Shown here: positions 42,467-55,650 of the stretch, piece after piece
Layout of the letters: each line of letters opens with the position of its first letter
Numbering within the stretch: position 1 is the stretch's first letter
NCBI GenBank assembly: GCA_050575255.1
Contig: JBNZDD010013610.1
Span: 976,366 to 1,040,365 of the forward strand
DNA from: Harriotta raleighana
Lineage: Eukaryota
DNA length: 64,000 bases
Reading direction: 5' to 3'
The notes under the pieces: model-generated
Told to the model about the DNA's origin: nothing
The model's input: the letters and a program-made list of their open reading frames with translations, nothing else
Databases searched by the model: none
Made by a program: the position numbers and the translations under genes

Positions 42467-45400
42467 TTTCTGCCCTCCACCCCCAACCCAACCCAGCCCG
42501 CCTCCACTCCCACATTTCTTTCTGATCTAGGGAGGAATTGGCCTTTGAATTAGTAATATTCTATGAGAGGCCAGATCCTCCTTTAAGCAAAAGATTCTGC
42601 AGAAAGTAGGTATGAGGAATGCTTATCAAGCAGTGCCACAGCTAAACTTCAACAAACTGATCAGTGCAACATCATGCAAGAAACTTACTGGGACAAATGC
42701 AGTCAGAGACAAGGATGATGTTATTAAAATACTGTACACTCTTTGGCAATTGTTTTTGAGCCCATTTATTAGCAAGCACTTGACTCACCGCTGCAAACTT
42801 GTCAAAATACAATCACTTTCACACGACATCTTTATGATTGAAAACTACATTGCTTTCTTCTGCCTCTTGAAAGAGAGAAAGGATTTCCAAGCAATTTCTC
42901 ATGCAGTTATTGCTGGTTAAATTCCAGCAGTTACCCCAACCACACGGTGTGGAGTGCCCAAGCCTTTGCTTTCCACCAGTATGTGGCCTAATGCTCCCTG
43001 GAATTCGTTCTGCAGGTATATCCCTATAGGAAGAGAGTGCATATTGATTCCAGATAAGCAGGGGATTTTACATGCATATTTAGAGTGGCATATGTGGAAG
43101 TCTCAGTCTTGTTTGCTTACTTTATAAGAACAATAATCCGTTCATTTGATCTAGCGCTTGTCACACCTTCTAGATGTCTCAAAGTGCTCCACAGAATATA
43201 CTGTAAAGTGAATTGACCGTCTGACCCAAAATAAAGCATTTTCCCACAGAGAAAGTGTCTCTTCGTGAATTATCAATGTCCAGAAGGTTTAGCTTCTCTA
43301 AAGTAATAGTTTGCGTTCAGAAATGGAGTGGAGGGCCAGAGAGACGATGAGAAGGTAACATAAGATTAGGAAAAGGATGCCAAAAGAAACTGTATCAATA
43401 AATCTCAAATCCTGCTTCTAATATCCCGTGAGATGTTTATCCAGCAATTATAGAAGGTATATTAGTGCAGTTATTCTAGGTCACCTGATGGATCTCATTA
43501 AGCTGAGCTAACCAGTGGAAGCAAAGAATTAATTCTGTATGAAGCTGGCAATAGTATTTCTTCAATTGAAAGTGTCTCACTGTTCTGCCTCCACTCAGGA
43601 AACGGTGCTTGTGACCTGCTTTTCCACCCATGATGCTTTCAACCTCCACAAGGTCTCCGTGACCAGATGGGACCACTCAGGAAGTGGCGTCAGATTGCTC
43701 GGAACGATGTACAATGTACTGGACAATAGAGTAACGCACTGTTTAGGCACACTGTAGCAGAGTCTGCTTAAGCAGGAAACATGAGCAATTTATGTGAGGA
43801 ATAATTGCCTCCAGTCTTCCAACTCTCCCACACTAAACTGCACACAGACCTTGAACCTCAATTCAATTAAATACAGCAGTATCCCAAGGCTAATTACAAG
43901 ACATGAAAGGGGAAATGTCATATAGTGTCTATAAAAACGCCAGCACATTCTGGGGGACTTTGATATGCAGACACGACAGAAACCAAAGCAAGGCCCAATT
44001 CTTGCATTGAAAACGAGCCAATAAACTCATGCTGAGAACGAGACAGATTTCTCTCTCTCTTTCGCTCTCTGCGGGGCTCGAGCCACTCTGCCCAAGATTG
44101 TGCACATTGAAAACATTTGCTGAAAAAAAAGTAAACTGTTTGCAAAAAAAACGCATTCAACTCATAATGTCAGTTTAAGTTCAGATCCAAAACACTTGGC
44201 AAAGCAATGGCTGCTCAGCATTTGAAAATAAGTAATTTTCAGTGCTGACATTTTTTATTTCAACCCATCAGAAAGTTAGCCACTTGCTCGCAACAATAAC
44301 AAAAATGTTTCTTAAAAGTACAGTAATGATGCCACATAAAGCCTTAAAAGCGCCAAATCAACTGCAAAGATTATTATGATGCTATTTTTGAATCTCCCAA
44401 AATATAAAGTTACAATTTCACACATAAACTTTATTCCTGTTCTGCAATGTTCAACTTCAACAACAAAATTACACTTGTATAGCGCCTTTCACGTCAGGGG
44501 GAACTGCCCAAGGAGCTGAACAGTCACTGTGTCGGACCCGAGCTGGGGACAGTGGGGGAGGGAAGGGGGGAATTCAACTTTAATCTGGTCATGTCAACCA
44601 ACACCCCCCACACACACACAATGTGGAAGGTGTTATATCAACATACATTTCTCACTTACGAGAAACACCATTTTAAACATATTTTAAGTGGAGCACTTGA
44701 TCAGTTAAGAATAATAATAACAACAATAATAAACTCAGCGCATGACACTAAAACAAGTCAGCACCCATAAGGGTTAATAGGGTTCTGCCAGTGCTTTTCC
44801 GCATTCCCTTCTGATGAGCCCCTCAACTCTGCTTTGGGTCTTTGAAGTTCTGCAAATCATTTACACTGGATCCTGAAAGGTTTTTAGCACCTGGATGTCC
44901 GGTTTTTCACATACAAACACCATTTGACAGAAGAAAGTAGAGCCAGAAGAAGCTGTACTGTACCCAGATTGGATCAAAGCTTAGGATCAAACACATCAAC
45001 ACCGAGAGCACATTAAAGGGGCCATTGTTCATCAAGCTTCACTGACAATGGGATGAGATCAACATATTGCCAATCGCACAACTACCACTCCCACTTACAG
45101 TTGTGATTACAGACTAAAATGTCAAAAGGAATGAAACCTATTTCTGAAGTGTTCTGCACTCTCTCTCTCCCTCGATACCGTACATGCATTAAAACTCTCA
45201 TTTGAATGGCGATGTTATTCAAAAACATAGCCCGTATGGAATTACTTCCATTTAGGAGCTGTGGGATTCTCTTTGTGTATCATCTGTGAATCATGTGCGT
45301 CTTTAATTATACAATAGTGATGTAATATTATTTTTTAAATGGGAGATCTATTGATAGCATGGATTATGATAGTGTGTTTGGAATCAATGCAAGGTATCTG

Positions 45401-48220
45401 GGTAACATTGCCTGAGTGGTTTATCAAGACACAAGTTTTTGTCCATCTTGATAAGGCATTGCACCTGTTTACCACTAAGCCATATGGACCTAAAGATTAC
45501 AGACTTAATTCCTAGTCTGTCCTACATTAGTTAATAACGGCAATAAAACATAGTTGATTTATAAATAGCAAGAATATGGAAGGATATGATCATTAACAAA
45601 ACAGTGGTGGAGAAACCGTTTTATCAGTGTCAATACAAGTAATAAAAAACCAGGCTAATGAAAACAGCACTTGCAAATTCAATAACCAACTATTGCTAAG
45701 TAACTACTACTACAACTAGAGGAGACAGTGTTGACACTAACCTCACTCTCCCACTTTATCCCCCAGGACTCCCTTTATTCAATGCAAATTAAAACACTCT
45801 CCAACATCAACGTATTTGTGAAGCCAGTCATTCACCTGCAAAATGCTGTCCTGTCCAGTAATCTCGCAGGTAAAATGAGTTATTATTGTTGTTGTCATTT
45901 GCTTCATGGCTGACAGTGGTTCCTTGCTATGCATAAATTATTTGAACACGGTGTAAAAATAGTAGTATCCGCCCGAGGTGAAAAGTAAATAAGATGTTAA
46001 AAAAAGTTTAAAAGGGTAATTGGCTTTTATGCTTCCAGCGCCTTGGGACATTCCCCTAGCGTGAAAGACACTATATAATTTTATTGTTGTTGTTGTCACA
46101 TTGAGGCGGTTTCAAATTCATGAGTGTAATACATTGGCCATTGCACACCTAGGCTTTGGTGATGCAGTGCAATTTAACACTAACTCCTTTCTTTTCACGG
46201 ATGTCTTCAGTTATGAATAATCCAGAAGACGGATGCACTCTGCTGATGTGAGGCAGGGGGGATGTTTTCAAGTGCTGTACACAGATATGGGAGGAAGCGG
46301 TTTAGCTGTTTGAGTGCTTGTACAGGAATTCAGTCAGTCTGTGGCTGAAGCCACAATCTATATCAATGATGGCTAGATAATCTGGGAGAAGGAATGGAAG
46401 CCATTTTCTTCTGCACTATAATGTAGTCTTATTTCATGTGCCCTCCCACCAAGCTGCTATGTTATAATGGTGGGGGGGGTCATTCATATAATCACACACT
46501 CACCGCAACACAGTGAATAAGATCCTTACCATTAATTCCCCCCAAATACAAATACAGACTTTCAAATACAGACTTACACAAACCAGTGGAGACACAATAG
46601 TTGAGACGCCTCCTTATGTTCTGACATTTTTGTGATCTTACTCATTGCAGCAATCTATGTTCCTCTGTAATCTCCGTAAATCTCCCACAATGTTCTACAG
46701 CTGCTGAATTCTGTTGTTCACTGAAATTACACGTTGTGGGACTCAGCAAAGAAGGGGTTAAGTACGCTAGATAGTGCATGGAGACTGTTGTTTCCGGTAT
46801 AATCATGTTGTCCACAACCCATAGGAAACACCAATAAGACTCAGAAACAACTGCTAAATGTCTTATTGTTTGCAGCAGAGCTTCCAATATAAAGCTGGTA
46901 AAATCAGATAAAGGCTCACTAAGGAGGTCTGGACTCAACTCTTAGACTGAAAACAATTAACCTGACATGGTAATGTGATTTACAGATGAACAAAGCCAAG
47001 CGAGGGATAAGAGAGTTTTGATCCTTTCTCATTAAAGAAACAGAGACTTCATGTTAAACTGACTGGAAAAGCAGATTTGGTTTGGAGACAGAGGAAAGCC
47101 TGAGGTGTCACAAAATGAAGAGATGAAGGCCAGAGTGCAGGATGCCAATTTGGCTACCCAGTTACAATGTCAACGAAGGGGTGTCTCCAGAGATAGTAAT
47201 GCGATCCGGGTTCAACACACTATCTTCTGTGTTTAACCCTTTCTTTCCCAGGGACGCTTCATCCTCACTTGTGTAATAATTCACTAACTTTCAAAGTCCG
47301 CGTTTAGCATCACTTGGAACACCTCCCTCGAGCAATCTTGTTTTCTCGCCCTGTTTTTTTTACAATCTATCTGCCATATGAACTTCGATGACTAATAACT
47401 TTAGTGAGCAGTAAAACCAAGATTAGACCATTCTGCTCTATAAATAGGGTTTGGAAGAAAAGTGTACAGACAAATAGAATGGCCTGTTTGATTGTTTGTC
47501 TGTGGAAACTTTTCCAACAGAACAGGGAGTGCATGCTGCAGGTATTTTACTGCTTTGTAGGTTCAGTTTATGGCACCAAGAAATAACTACTTTAGCCAGC
47601 AGGAAAGCTGCTGTTCATCTGGTTCCCAAACCCCTGTGCTGTTTGCGTCAATGAGGTTGCATCCACAGACAGATCTGCCAAGAGAAAATGGGAAGCTAAA
47701 ACTAGTTCTGGAAAGGTTCCAGCTTTCTTCCTCTGCAAATTGGGGGGAATTTTAGGACTGTTTATGGTTCTCATGCGATTTAAAATGAGGATTTAACTTT
47801 TCAAGTTCTGGAATTGTAGATCATATACCCACTTTGCTTGTGTTTGAAAAATAAACATTGTTGTTCACAAAATAAGTTCTTGCGATTTTATCACCCAATC
47901 ATGTTCAATTTTGGGGTAGGCTACATGATAGTTAGTTAGTGACTTGAGAAATGCAAGGATTCTTATCAATATAAATTTAAAAACATCTCAACATCGCTAG
48001 TTAATCACACACCCACGTAGCATTGCCTTCATCTTAAAAAAAAGCCTTTTATTCCCAAAAATGTATAAACCACCAACAGAATGAAGTTATGTGATGTTGA
48101 TGGTTGTCATTGAGTCATCACACTGAAAACTGATCACAGCTTTCCAGGCTCCTTTCCCCTTCTCAAATAAATGTTTGACACCTTTTCACAGCCATGTTGC
48201 TCTTTGACAATGCTTGTGGG

Positions 48221-48951
48221 AGAAAAATATTGCAAATAATCTCTATTTGGGAGTCAATTTGACAGGGGTATTTCTCTTTCCTCCTCTTTCCCTAATCTTA
48301 CATGCCTGAAATTTCCTCTCATCTGTATCATTTCATGTGCATATACAGTTCTGTATTATTCTTGCTGTAGTGCCACTTGTAGTACCACTGTGCTTCCAAA
48401 CAAACAATATGCTACTATACACACACACACACACACACAAAACACCAATACCAAAACACATATACACCACATACACAGACACAACAACACTGGACATTCA
48501 CCTCACAAGGCATTTGAAATCATCCATATTTTCCACTCACTTCAATTTGCTTGTACAAAATATTTATCAGAAAGTGCAACTCACAGGGTTTAGATGTTAA
48601 AATATATTTTCTTCCTGAGTAAAATAAGACAGGATTGGAAAGTGGCTCATTGTAATGATGCCAGGCAGCTTGTGCAATGTTTTGGGGTTATGCAGTACAA
48701 TTCTAGGCAGACTGGAGGCTTGTAGAAATTTCACAATGATTGGACTTGAGCACTGGGGTGAGCGTAGCGAATAAGGCAGCCTTGTTAAAAAAAAGGTTAA
48801 TTTTACAATGCGAGGTTACAACGCTGTATCAAATGCAACCATAATTATTTGCAAGATATTTTATCCCCCACCAGTCCAGGCATTTGGGAGGAGGGAAGAG
48901 AAATACCCTGTCAAATTGACTCCTAAATAGAGATTATTTGCAATACTTTCT
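48221..48951. repeat. About 65-bp inverted repeat pair enclosing about 600 bp
   Basis: 48221-48286 is the reverse complement of 48888-48951 with only a few differences. Confidence 0.85.
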
Positions 48952-49599
48952 GTCTTGCTTCCGCTTACAATTTCCAAAGATGAGACTCATACGGAAAACA
49001 CATGACGAATACAATGTTGCTCTGAGAGAAGCTGCTCTAAAATAGACTTCATTGAAAAGAAAAGGGCGTCATTTTGAGGTACAAGTTGAAATTTCCTGTA
49101 ATACAACACCCAAATCTCCATGGCTTCAACTTTTGCTTCCTGCCCGACCGCAACGCCTGAACACTCTGGTTCAAAGTAAAGATGGAAACTGAAAACTTCA
49201 ATGCCTCAGAGACCCGTGTCACACACCCGTCACTCCACAATACACTGTGCAGAGACAGGCCACGGCAGTAAGTGTGCTGGATCAGTGGTATTGTAACATT
49301 AGGAAGTGGGTGCAAAACATTAAACAGCCTTTAAATTGTGCATTGACAGGTGGTGTGATGAATGGCACATAGTTGCCCAGAAACAAAAAAGATACTAACA
49401 TGCATGGCTGCACCCTCACAGCAACTGGAGTGTGACTGCTGTCTATTTACATTGCTCTGTGGATCCCTCACATTTGGCATTGTTTGCCTCAGCTTTTAGG
49501 AGCACATTGGGCTGTGGGTAAAGGGGAGTTCCCACAAAAGCCTTCGTTTGTCAATTCCGGCTTCTATTTGGGGCAATATTAGTTAACATAATCGCAGTG

Positions 49600-50065
49600 A
49601 CCTGTAGCTCAGTGGTTAGATAGAGCACACGCCTTTCAAGTGAAAGATTTGGGTTTGATTCCAGGCAGAGTGAAACCTGCTGAAATACTGTATAGGGCTT
49701 TCGCCTCTTCTGGATGCCTCAAAAGTGCTTCACAGAATATGCTGTTGTGAATTGAAAGTACTGTATATCTGTGGGTGATATGCAGCAGCCAATTGCGCAC
49801 AGCAGTGTCCCACATCCTCCCCAATCCCAACCCCAGCTTGGGTCTGAAATACTGACTGTCCAGTGCTTTGGGATGTCCTCCCGACATAAAAAGCACTATA
49901 CAAGTGTAATTTTGTTGCTGTTGAAATTAGCAATTTTTTTTTTTTTGAGGAATCATTATCAGGTGTATGGAGTAAGGAAACTTGCCCAAGGTTTCACCCT
50001 CCCTGGAATCGAACCTGGGTCTCTCGCTTGCAAGGTGAGTGATCTATCCACTGGGCTAATGGACT
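49600..50065. mobile_element. Nested cluster: SINE head (+, 49600-49678), SINE (-, about 49700-50065), inserted L2 tail (+, about 49830-49923)
   Basis: A/B boxes on both strands; L2 tail motif interrupting the SINE body. Confidence 0.75.
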
Positions 50066-52821
50066 TCAAACATTTGCCTTTGTGCACCTTTGCTTCATAG
50101 GTCACCTATCTGCTGGGTTTTCAATCTGTAAATCTGGTAGAGCATTTCATAATATTGCTGAATTTCACAGCTGTATCAATATCATTCCATGTTAAAAAAA
50201 AATCACGTTTTTATTTTGCAAATATGAAGTCGGATTTTTTTTCAATTGCTTTTGAGATCTTTCCAGAGTCCAGTCAGTGTCACCTTGCTTTTCCCAATCT
50301 CAGGGCTAGGTCAGGCTCAAATTCACACTCTAACTCTGTGTGGTTAGCCCACAAATTGAGATGAAGGGTGATAATTTACAGTCAAAGTCTGCTGATCATT
50401 TAAACAGGGTGGTCCTATTTGAGAAACGTCCGCTGGTCGTGAAAGCAATATCGTTGTATTTCCCTTCCAGAAATACAACGTAATATTTAAGTATTACGGA
50501 AGAAGCAGGTGAGCCAGATTAAAGGAGGGTGGGGAGAGAGAGGAGGGGATGAAATGCAAGGATTTATTATTAAATCAACCCGCAGGCCTTTGGTTGGATG
50601 GAAAAGCTCTTTGGCGATCCCCACTGCCTCACAATGCTTCAGATTTACAAATAGTCCACTTGGTTTTGTGTGGGAATTGGGATCTTGATTGATCTGATGG
50701 ATTTGGCTCCACATTTTGTTCAACTCGTGTCATTTTGGTTTGAATACTCGCTGCAGTCACCCTGCATTCTAATCTGAAGGTTCCCGTTGTCGTGCCACGT
50801 AATACAGTTCTGTTCGTGGGATATTATGTTCGCATTGCTACATCCCTTTTTCTTACTGACAATTCACGAATGTTAATATGTCAGGTGAGAGGTGTAAGGT
50901 ACAGTTGAGGTGTGTGAATCAACCTGCCAATGTAGTTGGTCAGGAAAGAGACCGATACCATCTCACTCTCTTCACTGATACAAATAAACAAACTCAACAT
51001 AAAATAATACCAAGAAAGCAGCCATATAACTCAATGAAATCGATAAGCAAAACACTAGCAGAAATGATAGAAAATTACTTTTTTGGGGGCTTTGACAGAA
51101 TTTGGGCGCTTGATTCAATGCTCAGACCCAGTTCTCCAAACACAGTCCTTACCCAGATAACATAGCATTCAGAGAGCTACATCGTGAGAGGAATGTATCT
51201 GAACCTGAGGCATCTATTATTATGTTGCTGGTCTGTTTAATTACACCTTGCTAAATATAGGTCAGCGAGACAATTCATTAAATATGGCTTCCATTGAAGA
51301 AATGAAATGAAAAACAGAAGACGATGCAAGAAAGAAGCTTGAAATTGCAAATCTGCAACAGCCACCTGATACGTTCTGATCTCTTTCTCCCAGGCCCTTT
51401 ACTTGAATGAACCCAATGCCTTTGGAGTAATCCCGACCAACAAAGAAATCTTACTTATCAAGAGTTCACTTGCTGAAGGTCTGAGCACCTCTATTGACTA
51501 TAACAGAGTTTAAGCCTTCAATTCAGATTAAATTTGCTCTGACATTAATAAGAGAAATTACCCATTTCTTTGCTCCAAGGAGAGACCTTGGATCATGTTA
51601 GCATTTGGCAAGAGTCGAGGTTGGCATTAAAATGATCGCTGGATGCCAAGATGTACCTTATTCTGCAAAAAAACCATCGCAAATAAATTAATTGGGAGTA
51701 TATTTATCTTTCGATTCACCACACCAATCTCACAGCAAACACATAAAGTACATTTCTTTAGTATTAGTTAATTACAGTAGTTCTTCCTCGAGAGGAGAGA
51801 ATCATCCATAAGTAAGTGCTCAGAGCACAAGAAGAAAGTGAGATACTTTCTTTGTTCTGCAAACTTCTGGCAGAACATGAAGAAAATCTCTGAATGATTC
51901 TCAATTCACAATGTGTTGCCCATTAAATGTCAGTCGTCTCGTGGGAAACTACACTTTGATTCTCTCTCTCCTCTCCTCACACCCACCCTCCCACCCACAA
52001 ATAATTCTGTTGATCATTCTGAAAAATGCACTTCCACTTAATCAGCAAAGTATATCAGAATCCTTTTTGTTGCCGGACAGGATGGGCAAAACAATATCAG
52101 ACCCTGTTAAATTAAATGCTGGTCTTTGAGAGTTTGCACATCTCAGGCAATAAGCAGCAACTTGTTTTCATTACGACAGTGTGTGGGTGAGTCAAGAGTT
52201 TGGTTCATGCTACGAAGGGCAGAGCGGGAGCAAAGCTGGGTTCTGTGCAAAATGATTGGAAATATATGATGTGGATCAGTTAAAGACCAATCAATCAATC
52301 TGCCACAAAACAACTGAAAGTACCAAATTTGCAGGAATTAAAAGATACTCTGCCATCTTCAACTTGATTTTCTTTTTAAAAAAGATTAACATGGAAGAGT
52401 CTGAAGTTGATATTGTCCTGACATGCATAGTCAAGATGCCACAATCACCTAGAGCATTGAATTGTAGCATTGGACTGAATTTGAAGGAATGGATTGCAAG
52501 GATGTGGAAGATGTCACTGATGTCAATAATCTAGGGTAAAAATGACTTCTAGAATTGGGAGGTGCAAAAAAAAAGGTTGAAAGTTTCTGGAGGGGATTGT
52601 GTTAAGAGATGGCGCCAGTGTGTACAAGTGACCTCTGGAAAGGTAACTTATTATTAAGTCAAGAAACATTGATGATCTCACCAGAGATTTATGGAAGAAA
52701 GTAGCAGTGGACGAGAGTAGCCTCAAAGGATTAAATTAGGAGATAATTTAATTTAGTTTGATTGCATTTAAGCACTGAAGAACACAGCTTCGCCCTTAAT
52801 ATCTTTCACTTGTTCTGCATA

Positions 52822-52965
52822 AAATCATAGACTTATACAACACAGAAGGAGGCCATTCGACCCATTGTGTCTGTGCCAGTTTCTTTAAAAGAGTGGTCCA
52901 AATCAATCCCACTCCCCCGCTCTCTCCCCATAGCCGTGCAAACTTGTCTTCCCCAAATAATTATC
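52822..52965 (-). mobile_element. CR1-type LINE 3' end
   Basis: ATCATAGA...CACAGAAGGAGGCCATTCGACCCATTGTGTCTGTGCCAG, typical CR1 terminal stem-loop region in reverse. Confidence 0.65.
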
Positions 52966-55511
52966 ATTTTTAAAAAAAGTATTTATTAAATATCTACTTC
53001 TCCAATCTAGGTAGCGTGAATTCCAACCATCGACAGTTTAGCTTTCAGGGTAATGTGTCAAAGTTAGAAATTATTTCGTGCAAATTTGACTGGTAAACCC
53101 TAAATGGTTGCTTTTGGAGAACTGAATTTACAAGGTGCTACCGGGAAAGGAAGAGATTTAACGGGAATAAAAAAGCTTCCAACAATCTTTGTCTTCAATT
53201 CTTTGACTGTTGTTGCCAGCTCTCAATATTCATGACCATAGAGTTATGAATCTAAATCAGTCAAAACAACTCTTCCTACCCCACACAAACTCACACACAC
53301 ATACACTCAACCTAAACAGTTATACACCCTTAGACAAACATACGTACTTAAGCAAACACACACACTTTGGAAAACACACATACACACACCAGTAATGCAC
53401 TATGTTTATTGCAGCAAAGATTACACTAACAGGGAAAACCATAAAACAAGACCAGGGAACAGTTGCATTGATGTGCCTTATTGAGATGCAGATATTTTCA
53501 GAACCAGGCTAGCAGCTGCAGATTCTTCTCCTTCATAATTAAACAAGGTTTATATTGGTTTTTAACAACGACAGTGACTGTCAAATGCTGGAGGCAGGTT
53601 ATACCATTTCCAACCGACTTCAACTCCGCCAGTAAAACATTTTGAGACAAACCGTCATCAATCGTTATTTGCTTTGTATTCCAGAAGTGAATATAACACA
53701 AACTGCAATACAAAACTACACCCACACCCCACCACCCATGAAACAGATGAACCATTTAGCAAACTTCAAGACATTCTCCCGACTTGAAATGCGCTAAACA
53801 AATGTAATTTGATGTTGCTGTTGTTTCACCTTGCAATGAAGGTCTCCTCAGATTGGTGCACACAGTATAGTTATATAGTTAATTCACTTTACAGTATATT
53901 CTGTGAAGTGCTTTGAGATGATAAGGCACTATATCAAATGCAAGGATTATTCTTCATATTATTATAATATTGGTGTCATTTGCGTAACCAGGTTAAGTCC
54001 ACAACTATATTATTGCTGTTTGTTGCTCCTGCCATAGTGCTGGGAACTACAACTGTACCATGGAATAATAGGGAGTTGATTTAAGTTCCCACCAATTCCC
54101 TTCCCCCCATCACCATTTCCCCACATGATCCATGCAGATACATCTGATCTGCTGCCTGGTTGCATTACCAGTCAATGACCTCAGCAGAAAGAGTATGCTG
54201 AAATCCATCAAGGGGGGATCAACTGCCAATAAATCGTTTGCACACATGTTCTCTAATGGGAAATTGAAGAGAGACTTTTTGACTGCAGGACTTCGAGCTG
54301 TTGTCTGCAGTCTTCGTTCTCCAGTTCCTTGCTACAGGGCATGTCAATGAATGGCCTCTGCTGTCCATGTAAATTGATGTCCGTGGAGCAGGTTCACTAC
54401 TGCAAATACTTGATATGGCACTCTTCCCCACCGCAACACAAAACTACAACATACTGGGCTAAACAACAACACCTTAAAGCACTTACCTCTGTGCTCTGGT
54501 TGAGGATGCCAGACATGGTGGAAAGAAAGGTTTTGGCAGGACACCAAGTCTATGTGCACAAAGAGATATTTTGTCCTCTGTACATTTATGATGTCAATTG
54601 GTTTCAAGGCAGAGACATTGGTGCATGCAAGGTTTAGGTTTTTCATGAATGAATCCAAACCAGTCAAGATCATTTGGGGTCACTGTTTATTGCTGGTTGG
54701 AAACATTTCACCCGACCAGTCTTTCAATTGGAAGACCAGACAGGAAATCACATATTATATAAAACGAGAGCTTTGATGAAGTGATGTTCTGATCCAGGAA
54801 GGTTGATCTAGAGATCATACTCTGTTATAAAGCTGGTTGAGATTTTATAGGATCTCTACCCCCACCAAACATCGATCAGCACAGCTTAGATTTATTGTAT
54901 TTTGCTGGTAACTATAACATATCTTCAATTTTTTTTTTTGCAAATCACACAGCAGTTCCCCACACCACAATCAACTATCCTATACAGTGAAATGAATTGA
55001 TGAAGAGTCTTGTTCGACCTGTGGAATTGTGATTTTTCTAATCAAGTTGAAAATGTCACAAATAATTTAACAAAAGATTTTGGAGCAATAAAGTTTTCAG
55101 AAATGTCAAATCCTCCTGAAAGGCAAAATGACCAGGCTCGGGAACAGTGAATAGTACAGTATTCTGATGCTCACAAGGCTTTCAAGGTTAGCCACAAGCC
55201 GATTAACCTAACACTGGAAACCGGAATCAGATGTAGGATTTAGCACCTGGCTAATCCTTTCTGTTTAGCGTAATTTCATCTCTTCTAATCAGTAAGCTTT
55301 TTTAAAAAAATCAGTGGAACTTTTATCATTTACAGTAAATGTTAACACTTATGGAGATTTTGGGATTTGCATCCAATGGAGGAAAATAAATGAAAACCAA
55401 TAGAGTAACATACAAGAGTGATATGGGGGCAGTCAGCGTTTTAGTATTAAAAAAAAGTTGCAGCTTGATAGTTGTAATTAATTTTTTTTAAAAGTTAAAA
55501 TAGCATAGATA

Positions 55512-55650
55512 TATTTAAGGGGAAGCTACATAGGTGCATGAAGGAGAAAGGAATAGAAGGTTATGCTTGTAGGCTTAGTTGGGCAGGAGGAGACTAATGT
55601 GGAGCATAGACCAGTTGGGCTGAATAGCCTGTTTCTGCACTGCATATTCT
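55512..55650 (+). mobile_element. CR1-type LINE 3' end
   Basis: TTTAAGGGGAAGCTA (FKGKL-like ORF2 end)...GGGCTGAATAGCCTGTTTCTG..ATATTCTA. Confidence 0.65.

Noticed and set aside
42789-42860. Strong donor GCG|gtgagt 1.5 kb upstream of exon 2
   Set aside because: Nearest ATG (42829) ends in phase 2 and the phase-0 frame has a stop; no supporting promoter or acceptor seen. A non-coding exon cannot be excluded.
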